Shown here: one piece after another, positions 26,627 through 38,318 of the stretch
Position numbering within the stretch: position 1 is the stretch's first letter
Layout of the letters: each line of letters starts with the position of its first letter
Source: Lophium mytilinum
Lineage: Eukaryota
NCBI GenBank assembly: GCA_010093605.1
Contig: MU004182.1
Coordinates: 1,583,032 to 1,647,031 of the forward strand
Length of the DNA stretch: 64,000 bases
Direction of reading: 5' to 3'
Position numbers and translations under genes: made by a program
Notes under the pieces: generated by a model
The model's database searches: none
Seen by the model: only the letters and a program-made list of their open reading frames with translations
Told to the model about the DNA's origin: nothing

Positions 26627-29348
26627 ATGGCCACACCCACCATGGCAACACCCAATTTCACCCTCCGCCCCCTCTCCCACGGATCCCTCTCTCTCAAAGA
26701 CGGCTTCCGCGTCCACCTCTCACCCGCCTCGCTGCGCACGCTCGGCCTGGTAGCTGGGGATGTGTGCCGCCTCACCACCACTCCTTCCACTACGGCCCCC
26801 TCCACCCCCTCCTCCTCGGACCGCTCGGGTCTCGCGATCGCATGGCATGCCCTAGACACGAATATGGGCAGCGTCGCGAAACCGCTCGCGAAAGTCACGG
26901 AGCTGTTGAAGGATGTGTATGGTTTTGCGTTCGCGGATAGGATACAGATTGCGGGCGCGAGGGAGGGGTGGAGGGCGGCGGAGACGGTGTGGGTGAGGTT
27001 TGAGGCCGGGGAGGAGGAGAAGGGGATGCGGTATGGGGGGAAGCAAGAGGTGGAGAGGTGGGCAGGAGTTGCGTTAGGTGCGTGAGGTTAGTGATGTTTG
27101 CGTCTGTAAAGGTGTGGTGTTAACGGGGAATAGGGGAGGTTGATATGGTTGTCCCAAATTGCTCATTCGAAGTCCACAGGAGGGGGTTGAGGTATAAGAG
27201 CCAGCCGGCAAAGGTTAGGATGGTGGTTGAGAGGGTGGAGGTGGAGGGCGAGGGTGATGGACCGTTTGATTTCGTGCCTGGGAAGAGTCGGGTTAAGCTC
27301 CTGGGGGCTGAGGATCTAGACTTGAGAAAAGAACAACAAGAGGCAACACCAGTCACGACATTGATCCAGATTGAGAAGGAGGGGATTGGTGGGCTGGACG
27401 ACCAGATCCGGGGGATCAATGAGCAGTTGAGAATGTTAACACAACCGCCAATACCGCGCCAACATAGCCTGGATAGGCCTTCGAGTATCCTTATCCACGG
27501 GCCAGAAGGAACAGGAAAATCTCTGTTGCTGGAACGGCTAGTAAGAGGGCCTTGGCAGCAGGTGATACGTCTGGACCGGAAATGGATCGCTTCAAACGGC
27601 AAAACGGCATCCAAGTCTCTCGCAGACGCTTTCCAGAAAGCAAAAGGATCTCAGCCGAGTCTCATTCTTATCGATAAGCTGGACAAGCTGCTAGGAAAAG
27701 CGGAAACGCTTTGTGAGGATCTTGCAGAGGAGATTCTGAGTCTGAAGGGATCAAGAGTCTTTGTGGCTGCGGCTACGCGAAGTATCTATGACATTGATGC
27801 GAGTTTGAGAGAGAGTGTGGCTTTTAGGCATGCTGTGGAGATATTTCCGCCGAATTTACGGCAACGAGAGGATATATTACGGCAAGTTATGGGTGCGGTG
27901 CAAGATCCTGCAGCTGTACTTGCTGCTATACCTACTGCTGTACAAAGCTCGAGTTCTGTACGAGACTCGACTACCGTACGAGACTCGACAATTGCACAAC
28001 CCTCAACTCCTTCACAAGACTCGACTAAATCACAAGAGTTGCCTACAGCAGAAGAAGCCTCCTCAACAGAAAACTCGCCTAAAGTAGAAGATCCCGCTTT
28101 AGTCCAAGAATCGGATCCCGTAAAACACTCTAATATAGAGAATGATCTGCACGCTGTACAGGAGTCTAATACCACACAAGACTCGAAGACAGAACAAGAC
28201 CTGAATACAATACAAAAGTCATTTGTAAAAGAAAACCCGACTAGGATAGGGTACGAATCCTTAGCAGAACGCACTCATGGTTTTGTCGGGCGAGATCTGG
28301 AGAAGCTCTGCGTTCTAGCTCGAGACCACTTTTTGTCAAGATGCCAGATCATTACCACTTTGACTACTACATCGGATGATCCGATCACCCCCGCAGAGAT
28401 CACCCAGGATGACTTCGATACCGTTATCGACAAGGTTCATGCAAGCATCATGAATGAGGTGGTGCTGGAAGTACCCAAGGTTAAATGGACCGATATAGGC
28501 GGTTTGGAGAATGTCAGGCAGCTCATGAACTCTGTGACAATCCGTCCGTTTAAGGTTCGTAACCAAGTAATCCTCCACTGTACGTATCTAATACATATCA
28601 TCAGTATCCGGATCTCGCTATCAGTTTCGGTAGTACTCAGAACCGCAAAGGAGTCTTGCTCTACGGGCCGCCTGGGTGTGCCAAAACGCTTGTTGCTCAA
28701 GCTGTGGCGACTGAGTCAAAGCAAAACTTCTTGGCAGTCAAGGGATCCGAACTGATCAACATGTATGTGGGTGAGTCTGAGCGGGCGATTCGCGACGTTT
28801 TTAGGCGGGCTCGTGCGGCGAAACCCTGCATTATCTTCTTCGATGAGATCGACTCAATCGGGAAGTCGAGAGAGAAATCGCATGACAGCGGATTAAATGT
28901 TGTCACCACTCTCTTGAACGAAATGGACGGCATCGAGACATTGAAGGACGTCTTCATCATAGCTGCCACCAACCGGCCGGACATTCTCGACTCTGCATTG
29001 ATCCGCGCTGGTCGTTTCGACGCACACGTCTACGTCAGACTGCCGAGCATTGAGGCCCGTCGGCAGATCTGGGAGATCCACACGCGACACATGCCGTTGA
29101 CTGGAGACGTGGATCTGCAGAAGCTGGCACAGGGGACAGAAGGCAGCAGTGGGGCGGATATCAAGGGACTCTGCGCAGAGGTTGTGGAGCTCGCGATTTC
29201 AGATTGGGAACTGGATCAAGAGCAGAAACCGGCGGTGAGGATGGAGCATTTTGACCAGGCATTGAAGACCCATGTGCCGCATACGCCGAGAGAAGTGGCA
29301 CAGCGCTACGAGGAGTGGAGACCTGGGGTGTCGTTGTCCGGGGATTAA
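26627..29348 (+). CDS. AFG2: AFG2/Drg1-like double-ring AAA+ ATPase
   Basis: Introns at ~27078-27132 and 28555-28604. D1 Walker A GPEGTGKS. D2 has GPPGCAKT, FLAVKGSELINMYVGESERAIRDVFRRAR, FFDEID and ATNRPDILDSALIRAGRFD. Confidence 0.8.
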
Positions 29349-30426
29349 CAGTGGATGAGTGATATCTTCCGGGTCCTGAATCCTCTGCTCACGGACTGCG
29401 AGAGCCAACCGGCGCGACTATTCGCACCGACGGACTTCAGCCATACGGTATGTGAGTCGGGAACTGCAGCATTGCAGGCAGGCTATATAAATGGAAGACA
29501 CGACAGAAGACGATTACCCGCATGAAGGAGGTAAGACAAGTTTCACGGTGCGAGGACGAAACAGAGTAGATATCACGAAGTCTGGCGTCGGGAAATGTCC
29601 GAGCAGTCTACCAGTAATGAGCAATCTTGGATGCCCAGGAGCGCCGCTGACACAACAACCAAGATCTCTTCCTCATCTCCCAAGCTGCAGGGCTGGAGAC
29701 GTTAACAGGGCTGGCAACTCTCGGTATGGCGCCTGAAGGTTGACGCAAGTCCCTCTCTCACGGGCGGCTGGCGGTCCAACCATAGCCGTGACGTGTTTAA
29801 CCATCCGCGCTGCCGGGAGAGCCGTTACGACTCGGCGGCACATCATCTCGTGGTACGGGGCCAGTCAGGATGGTGTTGTGGTTGTTCAGTAGGAGCCCTG
29901 GTCAACGGCGCTTCAATAAGCGAGATTGGGTTGGATGTGGGAGAGGCCTCTGAAACGCGCTCTCACCACCAACAATCACCAGCACCACCACTCGCGAGAC
30001 AGCCGCTGCGTTAGTCGCCCGGGGCAGCCTGACACAAATCTGGTCCACGGCCAATCCCGCACGCCGTTTATGACAAGCCGGCGGGCAGCGTCCCCGCCAG
30101 CCAACCGTGCTTCGGCATCGAGGGCCATCCCGGGCACCATCACTCTCCTGCCAATTTCTCCCTAACATGGACGGGAGCACTGCGGCCCTGAGGCACGAGC
30201 GGCTCTATTCTGCTACGCCGTGGCATGTTAGCTAACGCTTCTTCTTTCCTTCGTCCTTCCTTTCTCATCTTTCTCGTCTTCGAACTCTACCGTCTTTACA
30301 CCTCTGGCTCTCTGGAGAGCCGTCCATTCCTTACTGTGCGCGTCAATATCCAACCTCAGTCACTCTTTTCAACACCCCGCTCCCCTTGATACCACTTGCG
30401 CGCCCGACGACACCCTTGAAACCGCC

Positions 30427-32647
30427 ATGGCCAGGATGTTGGGCAGATCGAAGTCGCTCCGATTAAAGAGCTCACAGAAAGACCTGCGCCAACAGGAAGC
30501 CGACGCGCCCACGCCACTCCCCACTGCCCGCGACGACGAGCCTCGGAGTGATCATCACCTGGACAGTTTGAGGACTGCTGCACTTACCACCCATCCAGCC
30601 AAGCGTGCAGAGTCGCCCGAGCAGGTGCAACGCCCTAGAACAGCCAGCGCCCCAGGAGACCGCGGCAAGCCTTCCCAGTTCCACAAAAAGGCTGCCCCCG
30701 TCGCCATCACTTCGGATGAGGCTACCTTTAGCTTTGCTCTCCCCTCGCCCACGACCGTCCTCTACGCCGCAGAGGTTCATGAGGACGACATGATTGGGAT
30801 GGCTTTGGGCAGTCCGACGACACCGGCCCGCTGGAATCAACCTGTGCAGCCTACCGACTATGTGACACGGCCTGGACTCAATCGAACCTACACCCATATT
30901 GCGTACGACCCTTCATTCCAGAGTTCAGATTATGAAGACGGTGTTGGCAAGAACTCTACGACGGATTCCGATCCCGGTCAAGATGTTACGAAGCCAAAAG
31001 TCAGCCGGTGGAAGTCGATCTTTGGAAGAAAGAACACCGCCCCTCAGCCTTTCTATCAGTTACAGCAGGCTCCAGCGCCTTCGTCCCAAGTACACAGTCA
31101 CAACGAGGTAGTTCAACACAGGCAGCGGTCTTCATCTCGCGCGAGTACACGAGAAGCTCTTACAAAACCAGCGCCTACTTCAGCCCACGAAATCCGCGAA
31201 GCGCGCAAGAAGCACAAGGCTGCAAAGAAGGCGGCCGCGGATGAAGCAAAAGAAGCGAAAAATCTCAAGATCGATTCTGGGAAATCTCTCACGTCACGAT
31301 ACGAGAACATGAAGGCTGAAGTCAGCCCCAAACCACCCCCGAAAGACGATTGGCGTTTTCAAGTTCCCAGAGTCACAGTTTCTAGTGGCTCCCAAACTAC
31401 TTCGCCCCGGACGCCGGGCTCGGGACCTCTGCTCGATGTCGACATTCCGAACGTTGAAATGGAACGTTACAGTGTGATGTTCGGAAGTCTGCTACGGCCA
31501 GACCGTTCTTCTTCCCTCCTCGTAAGACGACAGGCTGATCCAGGGAAGTTGAAACCTCTAACGGAGCTCTCCAAGAAGGTGTGTGATCGTCCGCAATTTT
31601 CTTACTGGCTGAATTTCCCACTAATCGGCAGAGTAGAAGGACTACATTGACGGCAACAACGGGCTACTGAAACCGACTCGGCGGGCCACCTCGCCTTCGC
31701 CTGCCAAATCACCAACCTTCTCCTTGTCCTTGTTCCCCCCAGCAGCCAGTAAACGTGACCAAAACCCGCCCTCGCCGCGGGTTACGTCGCTGCACCGGCC
31801 CCGGCCCCTAGCGCGGTCAAACACGGCACCAAGTATCTCGCCTAGTCGGCAGACGTTCGCAGACCCAGATGCCGCTGACGACGCGGGGTCGAAGTCACAG
31901 AAGAACGCTCCTCGCAGTAGCGCCGCCCCTCGCATGCACCAGGTAGCTGAAGCCGAGGCGGACTCAGCAACGCAGCTTCTGACTCCCACACCATCTACTC
32001 GGGCCTCGTTTGATTCGCAGGAAACAGCAATGGTGCCGCTCGTCGTAGACCCCAATTCTTGGGACCCCCGCCTTGAGGAGCCTGAGTGGGAAATCCTCTC
32101 GAAGCCTACCGAAGCCGCGTCTCAGGTACAGCAGCGGCAGGGACTGGGGAAGTTGCAGGAGGAATCACAGTCATCGCCTCCCCACAATCACCAACAGGAA
32201 AAGCCGCGTCGACCATCTCAGTCACAGCCTAAATCCCCTCCGCAAGCTCAGGCTCGGCACTTGACAAAGCAAACGCAGAGATCTACCGAGGACCACCGAC
32301 TTCCCCCCACATCGGCGAGGTCCCAGTCAAGAGACAGCCCACGAATTCAAGTCCACCACTCCCCGTGGGACAGTCCCCGCTCTCACGCTTCGAACTCGCC
32401 AAAAGAACGTCCCTCCCCTAAACACACCCAATCAGAACGGGACGTCCGAGGGAAAGGCCCCACCGTGGGTCTTGCGCGGCAGGTCAGTGTCTCCCGCGCC
32501 ACAGGGCCGAAACTACTGAAACCGATGGTCGTGTCACCGCCGGGACTCTCGGAGAAGCTGGTCGACCGCAAGCCGCTGACGCCGACGCTGGTGGAGTTGA
32601 AGAACTCGGGAAGGAAGAGTCAGAGGGTTGTTCTTGAAGATGCGTGA
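30427..32647 (+). CDS. Hypothetical Ser/Pro-rich fungal protein
   Basis: Two long ORFs joined in frame by intron 31579-31636. Conserved-looking islands IGMALGSP and LLDVDIPNVEMERYSVMFGSLL. Confidence 0.8.
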
Positions 32648-34375
32648 ATAGCGTATGCGAAGGCCGATCGGGCCGGGTTGTGTTTTCTTGCGTTGGGCGG
32701 GAGTTTTGGTATTTGGTATTTTCGGCTTGAGCGTGGGTGAATGGCACGGTACGGATTGGATTGGTGGGATACACGACCTCGACGAACGGAGAACTTGGTG
32801 GGTTGTGGGACGGAGGCGTTCACGGTGACACATCTGCGGTGCCAGATCTATTTTCGTGAGATCAGGACGCGTGGGCACGGTGGGGTCTCGAGCGCACAAT
32901 GTGTTGCGTCTTTCGAGCCGCGGGTCGGCGATTTGGGGATATTCAAGGAACATATTGATATATCCAGAATTGCTTCGGAGGTGTCAAGTATCAGGTGTAT
33001 TGAGGCTATTGCCTTCCTTTCATCCTGTCCTCTGCAGCAGTCAGAGGTGGAGGTAGCAGCATAGTACGTATTTGGCACAGCGCTTCCTGAAGCGTTGTTG
33101 AGACAATTGTTTCGAAACTTATTCTTTTGTGTTATGCGTTCGAGCGACTCTAGACTGGTAGGCTTATAAATGGAAAATTATTACATTTCAACACTTCCCG
33201 TGGTCTAGGACTATGTCTATCTTGGATGAAGCTTTCGACAGGGCACTCTTGCTTTACCGCCAGCAGACAAGCCCGTCGTCCCTTTCCTTAGCCATCACAT
33301 GCTATCACGTGAGTCTATAATTCCTCTCCTTGACGGAATCACATTGGACTCGGCCCAGTCTAGCACAATCTTCTCCAACTAAGTCAGGTCTTGAGATAGG
33401 TTGGGAAGCTCCAGACTTTGGGTTCACATGGATCGCGTCAGGTTGACACGTGACCTACCAGATTTAAACTCCAGACATGTGAAGATACCTAAATTCAACC
33501 TTCCAAGGCTGGAATCCGTCTCATGAACTGCAACTGTCACACTGTAGCTCCAAAGGGTGTTATCAACCATCGTCATCTGATTAATCTCTCGGTTTTTCCC
33601 GTTAGTGGGTCGACTAGATATCGTCCCATGTTTTCTAGAAGGCTTCTAGCTTCCTTCAACACCCTGTAAGTTGCGCGATCCGGCGCCATCCTGACTCGTG
33701 GCGAAGTCGCAATTCAGCCAACGGGCGCCTGGTCGCAGCCTCTCACAGCCTCTGTCGCAATCCCTTTGCAGTCATCACTTGCGCAGCCTTGTGCGACCAA
33801 TTCACCGCCTGAGGGCCCATCTTCTTCGGTATCGCGCACGAAATGTCTCCCATTCTCAACTTCCACACGATGGCAGTACGCGAGCAGAAAGAAACAGCAT
33901 TCTTCTTAAACAGCTCGATCCCTCGGTCCACCTTCATCTGCAGCACCCCGCCTAAGCCCTGCTCCCGTGTGGGCCCGTCATTGGAGAGAGCGCAACAATC
34001 GATAGCGAGAGGTACGGGCACTGCCGATTCCCTGCGGCTCCAGCCTGAAGCGGCAGCTCGCAGACAGCCTTGGGGGAGCCCAAGGCGAACTCCCAGCTGC
34101 CACAGAAGGGCTAGTGAGGCTGAGCTGCTATCCCACTCACCGGCCCTGACGTGACCGTTCCCGCCCTCATTTCGCTGTCCTTAACAGCCTGCCTAATCTG
34201 GCCAGCTCTGCAACTTGAGTCTACATGCTGGGACTCCCCAGAAACCGCGGAAACTGTCGAGTTGGGAAGGCCGTCTGCAATCCAACCACACCTCGCTCGC
34301 AGTAGCAGTGCAGCACCTCCCTCGCTGTTGATCACGGTGCCATCGGAGGGCGCCACACCGACCTGACACGCAGAT

Positions 34376-36954
34376 ATGTCCGGACTCGAGGTAAGTCGCC
34401 CGGGAAGCCTGTAAGATCGCCGGCATTTTGTCTGAGCGGATCATAACGCTCGGGTCCAGCCTGTCGCGCTGAGGACCTGCCTTCGTGGGAGCCTTTTATC
34501 CTGGGAATCGCCTCGTGGCCTTCCCGTATCCTTCCTCTTATTCCAACGTCTCCCTTGCCCCTCCAAACTGCGACTTGATGGGATACTCTGCTAACATGCG
34601 CTCGGGAGAACCTCAGGTCGTTGGCGCCGTCGCTGCGGTCGTCTCAGCCTTCCATGGCGGGGCCGAGTTGGTCACTCAGATCAAGAAGAAGCATAAGAAG
34701 AGGAAGGGCGAGCAGGCATACAAGGAGAAGCAGTTGCAGGAGTCGCTGCAGAGTGGCGAGGTCCAGATCGAGACGCGATACGGGGCCGATTGCCGCGAGA
34801 TGGGTGAATATGTGAAGCGAGGCGACGGTAAGACGGAACTTTATTTTTACCAGCAACACTTCACTCGCTAACACCTTCACAGTCATTGCCCGAGACCGGC
34901 TCCTACATATTGCCGTGGCCATTCAGGCCGAGATTATCAGAAGCCTTCAACTCGCTGTCAAGTACGAGAACGCCATTCTCGACCTCACCGTCCTGCACGA
35001 GACGTCCATCATGAACCGGAAGGATACTTTGGTCACTTTGGACGAGCTGAAGCAGCGGATATTGATAACATTTCCACCGGAGCGAATGTCCCCGCCTGCT
35101 CTGGATTCACCTGGTAGACAGACTTTCCAGTCCACGGAGAGCCTTGCTGCAAGCATGGTCCCGGACAACTACCTACCGCCTGGTATCACCATCCCGGATC
35201 AGCACGAGTCAGACAGCAAATCCAGCTTGAGTAGGTTTCTCTCCACGCGGAGGACCAGCGGGAGGAACTCGGTGCAACACTCGCCTTCGAATTCCTTGTC
35301 AGGCGCCAACTTCACTTCCGGATATCAGTTCCTGGGACCCCCAATCCAAGAAAGCAGCATGCCTGGCCACGACTCCCACCCTGTGAATCACGCGGACATC
35401 TACCAGGACATCAACGACACACTCACTTCTTTCCAAGGTCTTCATATTGACAATACGCGCCGTGATACACTCGGTCAGCTCCAAGGTCTCCCACAACCAC
35501 AACGACCACCACCACAGTTTGACCCCGCAGACCTCTCAAATCACCCGGCCTTCACAAACCCACCAATCAACTTGGCAGACATATCTAGTCATCCGGCTTT
35601 TGCTAAGTCACGCAACATGGGAAACAACCCCGGTCAACGTGTTGACTCTCCAAGCTTGCTGAACCGCAATCCTTCTACGTCTACTGCGTCGGTCTACTCA
35701 GATTACAATGCTGAACCTACACGCAAGAACGTGGGTACCACCTTCAGTCAACCCTTCGACGCGAACTCATTCGGCCGCAACGACTCCACTTCCAGCCGCT
35801 CAGCGTATTCGGACCGTATCCCAGCATCTGTTCACAGCCATAGTTCACATGCGTCCGTCGGAACGACTGGATCCTCAAATTCTGCTTTCTCGCCCAGAAC
35901 CTCAGCTACCAGTGCAGCTACACCAACCACTCCTGTCACCCCAGATGTCAGCCAGGGGCACTTCACGTACTCGCTATTCCCTCAGGTATCGCGCAAAGGC
36001 CCTAGCCCGCCTCCTCTGATGGCTCCCCCTCCCCCTCCTCCAGCAAGGGCTCTACCATCAATACCTGCTCAGCCAGTTCCTCCCGGTTCCAACCCTCCGC
36101 TGAGCCCGAGTGCGCTGAAGATCAACAATCCCTTCAGCCCGAGTACTCCACCAGCATCTAGCACTCCTACCAGCCCGAGCGCGCTCAGCATTAGTGCCCC
36201 CTTTAGTCCGAATGCAAACACGCGTGGTCCCAACACACTGAGTACCAGTAGCTCTGTCAGCAATGTTCCGAGCTATAGTTCCTCCACGCGTCCTTCGCTA
36301 ATCTCTAATATGTCGAACCTTACACGTACCACCACTAGTAGCTCAAACACATCGACTCCCTCGACCATCAATGCTGCCAACATGCTGACTGGCCGGCCTT
36401 GCAAGCAGAACAATTACTGGGGCTTCTGCAAAGGCTCATGGGCTGTGCGCGAAGAGCTCAAGAAGGGTCTTTCGGTGCAAACCCGCCCGGAGGGCCTGTA
36501 CAACAACGTCTCGGTCTGGCAGTGCAAGCACTGCCTCTTCCAGGGCGACACGTTCCATAAGACGATCCCGGGCAAAAAGAAGAAAGAAATCGTGATCGAT
36601 CCTAATATCCACACCTCCGCTGTGGGCATCAAGTACCGTTTCATCTTTCTCGCCAAGTCACACGTCAAGCGTAAGAGCTCGACGGTGAACTGGGACGTGA
36701 TGATCTCGGGGTCGAAGGGCGGGTGCAGCTACGGATGTGTGATCTGCTGCGCCGAAGGAAAGAGCACGAGCATCTTCGGGAATGTCAACACCCTCATGAA
36801 CCACATCTTCAACACCCATGCGAAGGGGATGACCGAGGAGGTGCAGCGGAGCACGAAATGTGTTGTTGGACGAGAGCCGGAGCCGGGAGAGCAGTGGGAT
36901 GTGTGTATCCCGTTCAAGCGATTTCTCGGAGACGGCACTGCTGTGGCAGAGTAG
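34376..36954 (+). CDS. Hypothetical protein: N-terminal helical domain, Ser/Pro-rich linker, C-terminal Cys/His-rich domain
   Basis: Exons 34376-34390, 34617-34827 and 34883-36954. Begins MSGLEVVGAVAAVVSAF. C-terminal CKQNNYWGFCKG, WQCKHC, FLAKSHV and YGCVICC...H...H. Confidence 0.85.
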
Positions 36955-38318
36955 ATCACGAGATCACGAACGATCGTAGAGTTCATCTTGGTCGATCGGG
37001 TAACGCGGCATCCGTATTTTTGGGCGCCTCATGTCACCTCACATTATCCTGATTTTCATTTCCCTTTTCTTTCCATGTTATCATGTCATCATATTACAGC
37101 ACTCGGTCTTTTTGGGTTAGTTTGCAGACTTGATACCCTCCCTGGTTGGCGATATCACGGAATGGGGAGTTACCAAGGGTGTTTGCTTTTGCAACAGTCT
37201 TTCTCTTTTGGCTAAGGAAGAGAGAGCAGAGATGTAAGAGCGCTGTCGCTTATTGGGGTATGTTTACTTTACGTAAGACATGATCAACACAGCGGCTCGA
37301 GTTCAAAATGTTATTTCAAGGCTGAACAAATCTGCCCCGAAGTGCATGAGGAGGATGCAAGATCAAGACTAAGTCACGTGGCTTATTCAAAGGCCGCTAG
37401 AGCCAAAGCTTTGGGCGACCAAGGTTAGAGCTCCACTACTTTATCTCAACGACGGTGGGGCTGGCTAGACCCTCTTGCTATACCAACTAAATGTCATGGC
37501 CCAGAATAGACGTTGAGCTCTTGATAATGCCATTGGCCTGAGGTGTGGATCGTGACGACTCTGATCCCCCGCAGCATGTGAGAGACTCGCCTTCAATCTA
37601 GAACCTGATACTAACACAATGAGGTCCTAGAGAGCTTATGTAACCAATAGAAACTTCCCAAGCCCTTCGACTAGTAAGTCTACGCTACATCATTCTTCCA
37701 GACCTCTAATCCCCCACAGGGAGATTGCGACTCTCATACCCATCTAGCGGTCTAAATAAGCTTTCGAGATTGGGCACTGTCTATGGCTGCGTTTCAGAAG
37801 TCTAGATGTTGACGACATGGAGACGGATCGGGAATCTGAACGCGATCGTGAGGCTAGAGAACAAATTAGAGGGCGTATGAGCGGCTTCGTGCACTCTCTT
37901 CGTTGCGCTCACAATCCGAGTCACCCGACCTACGTGATGTGGGTGCTTATCATGGGAGCTGCTCCCAGCGCGCTGCGGTTAAGACAGTTCGATTCGTCTC
38001 TCGAGTGTGTCGTGCCTGCTTGTATCACCCATCGAGCTGGATAGGAGCTAAACAACAACGCCACCTCCTCTCTTCTTTTCTCATTGCAGATCAAACCTCA
38101 CTTCTGCAATTCGCTCCCTACTTTCATTTCCTTGTCATTCCTATACCCATTGGTCCTGGCCACCTCTTCTACTGTCTTGCGACGACAGATTCTACTATTG
38201 ACACCGCATCCATACGATACCTGCCGCCTACCTATATTTTTATCCGCGACGCCTTCAATTGAATACCTTCTCCACCAACCGCGTAGGGCGCCAGCACTTC
38301 CTTGCAAATACGCTTGTA

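Noticed and set aside
29400..34370. Many short overlapping ORFs and scattered CACGTG boxes in intergenic or antisense positions
   Set aside because: Expected by chance in GC-balanced DNA or as shadows of real genes. No independent support.
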